Below, piece by piece: positions 1-8,703 of a stretch of 64,000 bases of DNA. The notes under the pieces are model-generated. The model saw nothing but the letters and a program-made list of their open reading frames with translations, ran no database searches and had not been told where the DNA came from. Each line of letters begins with the position of its first letter. The first letter of the stretch is position 1. This DNA is from Vicinamibacteria bacterium (GTDB lineage: Bacteria > Acidobacteriota > Vicinamibacteria > Marinacidobacterales > Marinacidobacteraceae), in contig OY821641.1 in assembly GCA_963555995.3 (NCBI GenBank), positions 544,001 to 608,000 on the forward strand, written 5' to 3'. A program made the translations under genes and the position numbers.

Positions 1-234
1 CAGCAACCTGGTCCGGGCATCGAGGCCCGCGGACGTCGTCTCGCTCTTCGGGCTGATGAACCGAGAGCAGTGCGCCATCGCGCGGATCAGCGTCGTGCGG
101 TGCGCTGCGCTGTCGCGCAGCGCGTGCCGGCTGAAGCCGGCGTTCCCGGCCGGCGGTGCCTCTTCCGCCGGTTGACGTTCCACCGGAGCTGGATTTTCAC
201 GGCAAGTGGCGGCGGTCCGGGACAGCAGTGTCAT
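1..234 (-). CDS. hypothetical protein, 5' part (runs off window start)
   Basis: ATG at 234 opens a stop-free frame to position 1 (MTLLSRTAATCREN...); no family recognised. Confidence 0.35.
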   Translation of the reverse strand, partial: MTLLSRTAATCRENPAPVERQPAEEAPPAGNAGFSRHALRDSAAHRTTLIRAMAHCSRFISPKSETTSAGLDARTRLL

Positions 235-320
235 GGGTGCTGGTGCGTTTACCTGTGCTCAACGGAGGGTAGTTCCGGGGTGTGACAGCGATCGTCACGG
301 GGTCTTGGGTTCCATCCCTT

Positions 321-812
321 TCACGCCAGCTCGCGGGGGCGGACGAATGCCTCTACCGTGGCCCTCGCCGGATCGAGCCCGGCCCAGTCGGGGGCCGGGA
401 CCCGCGCCACCAGGAGGGCGGCGGTGGGGAAATGCTCGTGGCGGCCCAGGAAGCGGGCCGCGAGGTCTTCCATGCCGGGGTTGTGGGCCACCACCAGCAG
501 GGGAGACGCGTTCCCGCCCTCCTCGGCCACGATCTCCACGATCCGGTCCGGACTCGATCCGTAGAGTCGCGGGACCAGCCGCAAGGTGTCCGGCGCGGCG
601 CCAGCGGCTTCCAGCGCGAGCTCGGCGGTGGTCCGCGCCCGGACCGCTGTGGAAACGAGCGCCGCCGCCGGGGTGAACTTGTGGTGCCGCAGATAGCGGC
701 CCATCCGGGGCGCGTCACGGAGGCCGCGCGGTGCGAGCGGGCGGTCGTGGTCCCGGAGGCCGGGATGGTTCCACGCGGACTTGGCGTGACGGAGGAGGAG
801 CAGGCGGAGCAT
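321..812 (-). CDS. sixA: SixA-like histidine phosphatase
   Basis: N-terminal LLRHAKS motif, DHDRPL, SxAxRA and VAHNPG motifs; 163 aa. Confidence 0.9.
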   Translation of the reverse strand: MLRLLLLRHAKSAWNHPGLRDHDRPLAPRGLRDAPRMGRYLRHHKFTPAAALVSTAVRARTTAELALEAAGAAPDTLRLVPRLYGSSPDRIVEIVAEEGGNASPLLVVAHNPGMEDLAARFLGRHEHFPTAALLVARVPAPDWAGLDPARATVEAFVRPRELA

Positions 813-862
813 GTCTAGCTCGCGCGGTCCGCGCCGTGAGCAGGTAGAGCGACGGGCCCACC

Positions 863-1203
863 GCGGACCTCAAGTCCGCTACGCCGACCGGACAGTCGTA
901 GTGGCGCACCGGCTTGGAACGCCGGTCCCCAGACCGGCACCCGCTGGCCGGAGGCCAGCGGAACCGCACGACGCTGAACCCGCCTGAAGGACGCGCCGGC
1001 TTGGAACGCCGGTCTCCAGACCGGCACAGCGGCCCGTAGGGCCGCGGATTGCGTGTCGCTGAATGCCGTCGCGGGATTCCGGTACGGGACCTCCCAACAT
1101 GTCGAGATACGCACCGGGAAGAGCAACATCGGGCAGGTCAAGGCCCCGCCATGCGCGGCGCGGAGCGCCGCGCGTGCCGGTCTGGAGACCGGCGTTCCAA
1201 GCC
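863..1203. repeat. REP-like palindrome cluster
   Basis: GGCTTGGAACGCCGGTC(T/C)CCAGACCGGCAC at 911-940 and 998-1027, inverted copy at 1174-1203; GTAG-type hairpin GTAGCGGACTTGAGGTCCGC on the - strand at 863-882. Confidence 0.85.
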
Positions 1204-1262
1204 GTTTTCGCAATCAGGCGGATCAGCAATCATGGTCCTGTGCTACCAAACCGTCTGGAATC

Positions 1263-2246
1263 TCAGTTCGCGTAGGCCTCCGCGACCGAGTTCGCGCCGG
1301 CGAGGATCCGCGAGTACACCGCCGGGTCCACGTTGCCTCCGGTGACCACCACGAAGATCTCCCGGTCCTCGAACCGTTCGGGGCTGGTAAGCAGCGCCCC
1401 GATCCCGAGCGCCCCGGTGGGCTCCGCCTTCAGGTTGGCCTGGGCGAAGAGCGCGCGAACGCCCCCGGCGATCTCCGGCTCGGGCACTTCGACGACGTCC
1501 CGCAGGCCCCTGCGGAGGATGTTCCAGTTGTTCTCGCCGAGTCGGGGCAGCCGGGCCCCGTCGGCGAGCGAGAGCGCCTCCCCGGCGTGGCTCACGAGTT
1601 CGCCCCGGCGGAGGGACTCGGCGGCGTCGTTCGCGAGCAGCGGCTCGGCGCCCACCACCGGGACCTCGGCAAGCCCCGCCGCCTCGAGGCCGGTGAGGAT
1701 TCCGGAACTGATTCCCCCGCCGCCGATGGGAACCACGACCACCGCCTTCCGCCGCCGGGCCGGCGAGAAGCGGCTCAGCCGGGCGGCGATCTCGACCCCC
1801 AGCGTCGCGTTGCCCGCGATGACCGCCGGATCGTCGTAGGCGCTCGCGACCTCGGCCCCGGGGAAGCGCGCGAGGACCCGCTCCACGCCTTCCTCGCGCG
1901 ACTCCTTCTCCACGTCCGTCAGTTCCACCGCGGCCCCGTGGCTCCGGACCGCCTCGATCTTCACCCGGGCCGAGATGGACGGCATCACGATGGTGGCTTC
2001 TTTCCGAAGCAGGCGGCAGGCGAGCGCCAGCGCCTGCCCGAAGTTGCCGGACGAAGCGGCGACCAGGTGCCGGGCCGATGACGTCCGCGCCCGGTGGAAG
2101 GCGGCGCGGAACTTGAAGCTCCCGGTGCGCTGGAAGGTCTCGCTCACCAGGGTGATGCGGAGGCCGAGCGCCGCCCGCAGCTTCTCCGGCTCGATCCAGG
2201 TTGTCGGCCGCACCGCGAAGGGCCGGTCGGGGACGGTCAGGTTCAT
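1263..2246 (-). CDS. PLP-dependent threonine/serine dehydratase family protein
   Basis: QRTGSFKFR PLP-lysine motif, ASSGNFG, PIGGGG, EPTGA, TGGN. Confidence 0.9.
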   Translation of the reverse strand: MNLTVPDRPFAVRPTTWIEPEKLRAALGLRITLVSETFQRTGSFKFRAAFHRARTSSARHLVAASSGNFGQALALACRLLRKEATIVMPSISARVKIEAVRSHGAAVELTDVEKESREEGVERVLARFPGAEVASAYDDPAVIAGNATLGVEIAARLSRFSPARRRKAVVVVPIGGGGISSGILTGLEAAGLAEVPVVGAEPLLANDAAESLRRGELVSHAGEALSLADGARLPRLGENNWNILRRGLRDVVEVPEPEIAGGVRALFAQANLKAEPTGALGIGALLTSPERFEDREIFVVVTGGNVDPAVYSRILAGANSVAEAYAN

Positions 2247-3694
2247 GCTTTCTCCTCGCTGATGACCCGGTCGAGGATCCTGTCCGGGTCGGTTTCCCCG
2301 CTCTCGTCCTGCACTTCGCGGCTGCGGTCGAGGATGCGTCCGACCGCCCTGCCCGGCGCGATGTCCCGCGCCAGCACGTGCCGTCCGCTGACCGCGTCCT
2401 CCGGCGGGCCGCGGAACACTCCGGCGGCCTCCGCCCGCTCCCGGAACACCGCGCCTTCGGGGAACCGTCCGGCCCGTGCGTTCTCCGTGGTGCGCCCGAG
2501 CTGATCCGCGGTGGCGACCCGCAGGAGGGCCTCGAGGGTGGTCCCGGCGGCGGCCATCTCGCGGGCCAGCCGGCGGTAGGCGGCGCGCTTCGCGCCCTGC
2601 CGGGGGTAGAAGGCCGGCGCCAGGTGCCGGCGGGTCAGGGCTTCGACCGCGTCCACCAGCGCGCGCGGCGCGCGCAGCCCTTCGAGGAAGCGGCGGGCGA
2701 GGGGCGCTCCGGCGGCGTCGTGGGCATAGGCGGTGATGCGTCCGCGCCGCTCGCGGGTGGTGGCCGGCTTGCCGAAGTCGTGGCAGAGGGTGGCGAAGAG
2801 CAGGACCCGCCGGGCGTCGGCATCATCGGGGGCCAGCTCCGCCGCCCGGTCCAGCGAAAGCAGGGTGTGCTCGAAGACATCGCCCTCCGGATGCCACTCG
2901 GGGTCCTGAGGAACGCCGCGCAGGGCGTCCACCTCCGGCAGGAAACGGAGGAGCCCGGTGGCCGCGAGAAAGCGGAGGCCGCGCGACGGTTCCCGGCCGT
3001 GGAGTAGCTTCGCGAGCTCGTCCAGGATCCGTTCGGGGCTGAGCTCGGAGAGATCCAGTTCGGAAGCGAGACGGTGCAGTTCCCCGTCGGCCGTGAACCC
3101 GAAGCGGGACGCGAACGCGGCCACCCGCAGGCCGCGGAGCGGGTCCTCCGGGAACTTCCCCGCGTCGGTGGCCCGCATCACCCCCCGGGCGAGATCGCGC
3201 GCCCCGCCGTAGGGATCGAACAGGTCGCCGGTCAGCGGGTCGAGTCCCATGGCGTTCAGGGTGAGGTCGCGGCGCCGGGCCGCTTCCGCGAAACCCATGT
3301 CCGGGTCCACCGCGACCTCGAAACCCAGGTGGCCCGGTCCGGTCTTCGATTCCCGGCGCGGCAGGGCGACTTCCAGGGAGAGACCCCCGATGCGGAGCAC
3401 CGGAAAGGCTCTGCCGATCCGGCGGACCTTGCCGAGCGGCCGGAGCGCCCGTTCGAGTTTCCCGAGCGGCAGGCCGAACACCTCGAGGTCCGGTTCGCCC
3501 GTGGGACGGCCGAGCATGCCGTCCCGGACGAAGCCCCCGACCACCAGGACGCGCCCGCCGGCCCGCCGGACGGTGACCGCGACCCGGCGCGCGTCGCCCG
3601 CGGGGCCGGCGGCGTCCTCCGGGATCGGGCCTACCGGCAGCAACCGGAACCGGGCCGATTCAGGACGGCCGGCGTCCTGGTCTCGGCCCGTCAA
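2243..3694 (-). CDS. cca: CCA tRNA nucleotidyltransferase (class II) with HD domain
   Basis: VGGFVRD..G, RRDLTLNAM, EDPLRGLR, ERI..E, WHPEGDVFEHT, HDFGK. Confidence 0.85.
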   Translation of the reverse strand: MTGRDQDAGRPESARFRLLPVGPIPEDAAGPAGDARRVAVTVRRAGGRVLVVGGFVRDGMLGRPTGEPDLEVFGLPLGKLERALRPLGKVRRIGRAFPVLRIGGLSLEVALPRRESKTGPGHLGFEVAVDPDMGFAEAARRRDLTLNAMGLDPLTGDLFDPYGGARDLARGVMRATDAGKFPEDPLRGLRVAAFASRFGFTADGELHRLASELDLSELSPERILDELAKLLHGREPSRGLRFLAATGLLRFLPEVDALRGVPQDPEWHPEGDVFEHTLLSLDRAAELAPDDADARRVLLFATLCHDFGKPATTRERRGRITAYAHDAAGAPLARRFLEGLRAPRALVDAVEALTRRHLAPAFYPRQGAKRAAYRRLAREMAAAGTTLEALLRVATADQLGRTTENARAGRFPEGAVFRERAEAAGVFRGPPEDAVSGRHVLARDIAPGRAVGRILDRSREVQDESGETDPDRILDRVISEEKA

Positions 3695-4176
3695 GAACCC
3701 GATAGTCCGCTGGCTTCCGCCCAGGCGACCGGATCGCCGATCCGGATTCTTCCGCCGCTCACCACCTCGCCGAACGCCCCTCCGCGCCAGTCGGGCGCCA
3801 GCGCGTCGCGCATCCGCAACGCGGCGCCGTCCATCCGTTCACAGGGCTTGGTTTCCCCGTGGATCAGGATCCGGGTTTCGCCCACCGCGAGCGTGCGCCC
3901 GATGGTCTGCCGGAAGTCCACCCCGGTCACGAGCAGGTTCGCCCGCCGGAGGGCCGGGTCCGCGTCGGGTTGACCGGCTTCGTCCGCCGCGCGCTCCCAG
4001 GCTTCCTGCGAGAGGACGGTCACCTGGCGCTTCCCCCGGGCGGGCGCCGAGTCTCGAAGCCCCTCGCCGGCGATCAGTTCTCCGTCGGACCGGGACATCA
4101 TGGGTTCCCCGCGCGCTCCCTTGGCCCAGATGGCGAGGAGGCTGCCGCCGTGGTGGTTGGTGGTTGGTTCTGCCAT
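3691..4176 (-). CDS. MOSC domain protein
   Basis: RQVTVLS, RRANLLV, ETKPCERMD, GGRIRIGD. Confidence 0.85.
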   Translation of the reverse strand: MAEPTTNHHGGSLLAIWAKGARGEPMMSRSDGELIAGEGLRDSAPARGKRQVTVLSQEAWERAADEAGQPDADPALRRANLLVTGVDFRQTIGRTLAVGETRILIHGETKPCERMDGAALRMRDALAPDWRGGAFGEVVSGGRIRIGDPVAWAEASGLSGS

Positions 4177-4272
4177 GGATGGTCCGGGAAGCGCGGCGGG
4201 ACGCCGCGCGAGCCCGGCGGAATCCTACCGCCGTTCCGCGCGTCATGATTCCGAACGGGAATCGCATCGGAA

Positions 4273-5361
4273 ATGCGCATCGCCGTGCTCGCGTCGGGGG
4301 GGGTGGACAGTTCCGTCGCGCTCGCCACGCTGGCGCAGGCGGGTCACGACGTGCACGCCTTCTACCTGAAGGTCTGGCTCGAGGACGAACTCGAACACCT
4401 CGGCGAGTGCCCCTGGGAGGAGGACCTCCGCTACGCCCGCGCCGTCGCCGGACAGTTCGGGGTGCCGCTCACGGTGATCCCGCTGCAGCGCGCCTACCGG
4501 GAGGGCGTCGTCGCCTACCTGCTCGACGAACTCGAGCGCGGCGGCACCCCGAGCCCCGATCTCTTCTGCAACTCCCGGATCAAGTTCGGGGCCTTCAGCG
4601 ACTGGGTGGACGCCGAGATCCCCGGCGGCCGGTTCGAGAGGGCGGCGACCGGACACTACGCGCGGCGGGTCGAGACGGCGGACGGCATCGAGCTGCACCG
4701 CGCCCCCGACCCGGTGAAGGACCAGACCTACTTCCTCTCCCGGATCAGCGCGGGCCAGCTCGACCGCGCGCTGTTTCCGGTCGGGGACCTTCACAAGTCC
4801 GAGGTCCGGCGGCTCGCCGCCCGGCTCGGGCTCGCCTCGCAGGACCGCCGCGACAGTCAGGGCATCTGCTTCCTCGGGGGCGTGCGGTACCGCGACTTCG
4901 TCACCGCCCACCTCGGCGACCGGCCGGGGCCGGTGGTGGACGAGGCGACGGGCGAGGAGATCGGAACCCACCGCGGGCACTGGTTGTTCACCATCGGCCA
5001 GCGGCGCGGCCTCGGCCTGTCGGGCGGGCCGTGGTTCGTTGCCGGCAAGGACCCGCGGGCGAACCGGGTCCTCGTGCGCCGGGGCGCCGGCCGGCCCGCG
5101 AACCGCTGCCGCATCGGGGACCTCCACTGGATCGGGGGCGGCCCGCCGTCCGGCTCCGAACGCCTCCACGTCCGGGTGCGGCACGGACCGGACCTCGCCC
5201 CGGCGCAGGTGTCGTGGGACGAGGCCGGGGAAGGGGAGGTCGTGCTCGACGAGCCGGACGCGGGTCTCGCCCCGGGCCAGTTCGCGGTCCTCTACCGGGG
5301 CGCCCGCTGCCTTGGATCGGGACGCATCCGGACCGCGACGCCCGGCGAGCCCCGCCTCTGA
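4273..5361 (+). CDS. mnmA: tRNA 2-thiouridine(34) synthase
   Basis: SGGVDSS, TPSPDLFCN.IKF, ATGHYAR, KDQTYFL, DSQGICF, TIGQRRGL, PGQFAVLY. Confidence 0.97.
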   Translation: MRIAVLASGGVDSSVALATLAQAGHDVHAFYLKVWLEDELEHLGECPWEEDLRYARAVAGQFGVPLTVIPLQRAYREGVVAYLLDELERGGTPSPDLFCNSRIKFGAFSDWVDAEIPGGRFERAATGHYARRVETADGIELHRAPDPVKDQTYFLSRISAGQLDRALFPVGDLHKSEVRRLAARLGLASQDRRDSQGICFLGGVRYRDFVTAHLGDRPGPVVDEATGEEIGTHRGHWLFTIGQRRGLGLSGGPWFVAGKDPRANRVLVRRGAGRPANRCRIGDLHWIGGGPPSGSERLHVRVRHGPDLAPAQVSWDEAGEGEVVLDEPDAGLAPGQFAVLYRGARCLGSGRIRTATPGEPRL

Positions 5362-5365
5362 CCAC

Positions 5366-5455
5366 AAACACACCCCTGTTTCATCACCATATCTGCTAAA
5401 ACAGACCCCTGTTTCAGCACAGAACCTGCTAAAACAGACCCCTGTTTGTTACCAT
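5366..5455 (+). promoter_or_regulatory. three palindromic boxes at an exact 33-bp period plus an extended -10
   Basis: AAACA(C/G)ACCCCTGTTT at 5366, 5399 and 5432; TG-n-TACCAT at 5447-5455; AT-rich relative to flanks. Confidence 0.75.
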
Positions 5456-5489
5456 GCCGTTGGGCTGGCCTTCGGCCGTCCTCTCCGGA

Positions 5490-6869
5490 ATGGACCGCAA
5501 GCAACTCCCGCTGCTCGACGACTGGCTGGCGCGGCCACTGCGGAAACCGGTGATCCTGCGGGGCGCCCGCCAGGTGGGCAAGTCCACCCTGGTGCGCCTC
5601 TTCGCCGAACGCTGCCGCCGTCCGCTGGCCGAGGTCAACCTCGAACGCCACCCCGACCTCGCGTCCGTCTTCGCCCGCAACGACCCCGTTCACCTGCTGG
5701 GCGTCCTGGAGACGTTGCCGGGCGTCGGGACCGTGGGGCCTGACGGTCTCCTCTTTCTCGACGAGATCCAGGCCGTGCCGGAAGCGATCCCCGCGCTGCG
5801 CTACCTGCGCGAGGAGAAGGCGGACCTGCCGGTCCTGGCGGCGGGCTCCCTCCTTGACTTCGCACTCGCGAACCACCGGCTTTCGATTCCAGTGGGCCGC
5901 GTGTCCTACCTGCACATGGGGCCCATGACCTTCACCGAGTTCCTGAGGGCCGTCGGCGTGGAACCGCTCGCTTCCCGCATCGCCGCGTTCGAGATGGAAC
6001 GAGGGCTGGACTCCGTGATCCACCGGCGGCTTCTCGACCTGCTGCGCACCTATCTGTTCACCGGCGGGATGCCGGAAGCCGTCGAGGCGTTCGCGCGTTC
6101 CGGCCGCTACCGGGAGGTGAGCGAAGTCCATCACTCGATCATCGAGACCTATCGCGAGGATTTCCCCCGCTACCTCGGTTCCCGGAGCCTTCCGCGCATC
6201 GCGGGGGTTTTCGACCTGGCCGCCCGGCAGGTGGGCAGAAAGGTCCGGTACGTCCACTTCTCCCGGGAGAAGAGGCCGGGGACGATCCGAACGGACATCG
6301 AACGGCTGTGCTTGGCGCGGGTGTTGTCGAAGGTCGTCCGCAGCCACGCGAACGGACTGCCGCTCGGCGCCGACGCCGATCCGCAGACCTACAAGCTCCT
6401 GTTCCTGGACGTCGGCCTCATGAACGCGGTGTGCGGCCTCGGCTGGACCGCGATCGGGAACCTCGAGGAAACGCGGCTGGTGAACGAGGGCGCGGTGGCG
6501 GAACAGTTCATCGGACAGCACCTCCAGGAGTTGCTCGCGGCTTCCCCCACCCGCGAGCTGAGCTACTGGCTGCGGGAGGGCCGGGCCACGAACGCCGAGG
6601 TGGACTACGTGATGGCGTTCGATGGGCGCGTCGTGCCGATCGAGGTCAAGGCCGGCGCCAGCGGCAGCCTCAAGTCCCTGCACCAGTTCGCCGCCGAGAA
6701 GCGCACCGGCCTCGCGGTCCGATTCGATACCGCCCCGCCCTCGGTGCAGACGGTCAGGACCACCGTGCGGCGCAACGGTGCGCCGGCGGAGGTCGAGTAC
6801 CGGCTGCTGTCGCTGCCGCTGTACCTGGTCGAACGCCTCCCATCTCTGCTCCGCACCCTGCCTGCGTAA
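5490..6869 (+). CDS. AAA_14 ATPase + DUF4143 (PD-(D/E)xK-like) protein
   Basis: GARQVGKS Walker A, LFLDEIQ Walker B, GGMPEAV, KLLFLDVGL, EVDYV..PIEVK; start placed at MDRKQ. Confidence 0.9.
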   Translation: MDRKQLPLLDDWLARPLRKPVILRGARQVGKSTLVRLFAERCRRPLAEVNLERHPDLASVFARNDPVHLLGVLETLPGVGTVGPDGLLFLDEIQAVPEAIPALRYLREEKADLPVLAAGSLLDFALANHRLSIPVGRVSYLHMGPMTFTEFLRAVGVEPLASRIAAFEMERGLDSVIHRRLLDLLRTYLFTGGMPEAVEAFARSGRYREVSEVHHSIIETYREDFPRYLGSRSLPRIAGVFDLAARQVGRKVRYVHFSREKRPGTIRTDIERLCLARVLSKVVRSHANGLPLGADADPQTYKLLFLDVGLMNAVCGLGWTAIGNLEETRLVNEGAVAEQFIGQHLQELLAASPTRELSYWLREGRATNAEVDYVMAFDGRVVPIEVKAGASGSLKSLHQFAAEKRTGLAVRFDTAPPSVQTVRTTVRRNGAPAEVEYRLLSLPLYLVERLPSLLRTLPA

Positions 6870-6926
6870 CTGACCTCACGGGACTGGCGCCGTGAGCGCG
6901 GTTACGCGAACGCCGAGTCGGATCGC

Positions 6927-7148
6927 CTACCGGAGCAAGCGATCGAGGGCTGTCGCGACTGCGAGGAGACCGCCGACAATGAGGAAAACCCGCCAGGTGA
7001 GGGCCTCCTTGAGTTCCGCGAGGTCGGCCTTCGTCGCAGCATTCTGATCCACTGCGGCACGGATCGTTTCGGTGACGGCTTCGGCCTGCGCGGCGTCCAT
7101 GCCGGCGTTCTCCAGCGTGCGTGCCGCAGCCAGCGTATCGAACGACAT
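6927..7148 (-). CDS. small DUF1640/CCDC90-like coiled-coil membrane protein
   Basis: MSFDTL..ARTLE.AGM...QAEA, ATKADL, C-terminal TM helix. Confidence 0.75.
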   Translation of the reverse strand: MSFDTLAAARTLENAGMDAAQAEAVTETIRAAVDQNAATKADLAELKEALTWRVFLIVGGLLAVATALDRLLR

Positions 7149-7205
7149 GGGTCGCATTGTAGCGGGTAGCCGGCGACCCGAACGCCCCGGCAAAACCTCC
7201 CCCGC

Positions 7206-7811
7206 CTACCGGATTTCCCGGCAGGAGAAGACGACCGCCGGGGGCACGTTCTTCCAGACGACGGATCCGTGTTCGATGGTCTGGAAGCTCTCGTGGAGCC
7301 GCCTGGCGAACGGGGAACGGCGCCAGAACGGCAGCGCCTGGACGTAGATGTAGAAGAGCAACTGCCCGTCGGGAGCGAGCGTTTCGAGGATCGCTTCCAG
7401 CATGTTGGTCTGCTTTTCTTCCGGGACGACCGACCAGGGCAGCGTCGCGACGACCGCGCCCACCTCACCCACCTGCTCGTTGGTGCAGATGGCGCAAAGG
7501 TTGGCGAGGTCGTCCACGACGACCTTGACGTTGGGGAGGCGGCGCGCGAGTTCGTGAGCGCACGTCCGGTTGAGCTCGACCGCGAGGAACGGAGTCTCGG
7601 GGGGTTTCGCCGCGAGCAGGTGTTCGGTGATGGCGCCGTCACCGGCTCCGGCTTCGACCACGGCGGCTTTCTTCGGCCAGTGGACCGCCTCCGCCATCGC
7701 GATGCCGAGCGCCGGTGAACTGCGCCAGACGGCGCCGACCTCGCGGGGCCGCGTGACGAACTGCCGGAGGATGGTGGAGTCGGCGGGCGCCGCTCCGCTC
7801 TTCTTCGGCAT
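7206..7811 (-). CDS. SAM-dependent methyltransferase, phospholipid N-methyltransferase (PmtA-like)
   Basis: VGAV..SS..L, VVEAGAGDGAIT, VVATLPW, VWKNVPPA. Confidence 0.8.
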   Translation of the reverse strand: MPKKSGAAPADSTILRQFVTRPREVGAVWRSSPALGIAMAEAVHWPKKAAVVEAGAGDGAITEHLLAAKPPETPFLAVELNRTCAHELARRLPNVKVVVDDLANLCAICTNEQVGEVGAVVATLPWSVVPEEKQTNMLEAILETLAPDGQLLFYIYVQALPFWRRSPFARRLHESFQTIEHGSVVWKNVPPAVVFSCREIR

Positions 7812-7840
7812 GGACACGCGGCGAACCGTCAGGGAGTCGC

Positions 7841-8181
7841 TAACTGCCTGTCGTGAAACCCACGTGAGCGCCGAGGCCCCCACTGGGAGAAACCGTCATG
7901 ATCGCGTCCTCCGGCTCGGAGCGCCGGCCTCTGGCCGGCATCGCGGCCACAGGCCGCGAAACCCACGCCTCAGCCGGTGTCCACGGCGCGATCCCAACCG
8001 GGAACGGCAGGGCACCGCCCGAGAAGAGCCGAACGTAGGCCCCACGTTCACGGGGAGGCGCGCCATCAGCGCAGGTTTCGCGCTCCCGCGCGATGCCAGC
8101 CGGAGGCTGGCGCTCCGAGGCGGGCCGGCAGGGCCGCGTTTTCACAGCAACCGGGCGGTGTGGGTTTTGCCACAGCGGCTA
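7841..8181. mobile_element. MITE-like element with imperfect terminal inverted repeats and internal REP hairpins
   Basis: left end TAACTGCCTGTCGTGAAACCCAC; right end read on the - strand TAGCCGCTGTGGCAAAACCCAC; inverted REP variants near 7918-7945 and 8092-8117; left part recurs at 33651. Confidence 0.55.
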
Positions 8182-8703
8182 ACCCCTTCTCGCCGTGATG
8201 CGGCGGGTGGTGAAGCCGAGCCAGTGGAGCCGTCCCAGGTGCCGGGCGTGCTCCACCTTCATGCAGCGGTCCATGACCACCTCGATCCCGAGTTCGCGGG
8301 CCCGTTCGGCCGCCTCGGGATGGATGACTCCGTACTGCAGCCAGATCGCCTTCGCGCGGCCGGCGCACTCCTCGACGATGGCGGGGACCGCCGCCGGGGC
8401 GCGGAACACGTTCACGATGTCCACGGGCTCCTCGATCGCCGCGACGCTCGGGTAGCACTTCTCTCCCAGGATCTCCTGCTCCCGCGGGTTTACGGGGACC
8501 ACCCGGTATCCGTTCCGCTGGAGGTAGAAGCCGACGAAGTAGCTGGCGCGCAGTTCCTTCGGCGAGAGGCCGACGACCGCCACCGTGCGGGCGGACGTCA
8601 GCAGCCGGCGGATGGTCCCGGCGTCCTGGTACCGGCCGAGATCCGGCCCCGAACCGTCCGCGGGCAGAGGCGGCGGGAGTTCGCACGCGATTACAGAGGA
8701 CAT
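8179..8703 (-). CDS. CoA-binding protein (YccU-like)
   Basis: VAVVGLS, GYRVVPVNP, VDIVNVFR, IWLQYG, VMDRCMKVEH. Confidence 0.9.
   Translation of the reverse strand: MSSVIACELPPPLPADGSGPDLGRYQDAGTIRRLLTSARTVAVVGLSPKELRASYFVGFYLQRNGYRVVPVNPREQEILGEKCYPSVAAIEEPVDIVNVFRAPAAVPAIVEECAGRAKAIWLQYGVIHPEAAERARELGIEVVMDRCMKVEHARHLGRLHWLGFTTRRITARRG

Noticed and set aside
5366-5447. Mini-CRISPR or coding tandem repeat (ORF-track peptide LLKQTPV)
   Set aside because: The period is only 33 bp with partly repeated linkers, and the AT-rich array sits on a promoter; an operator array fits better
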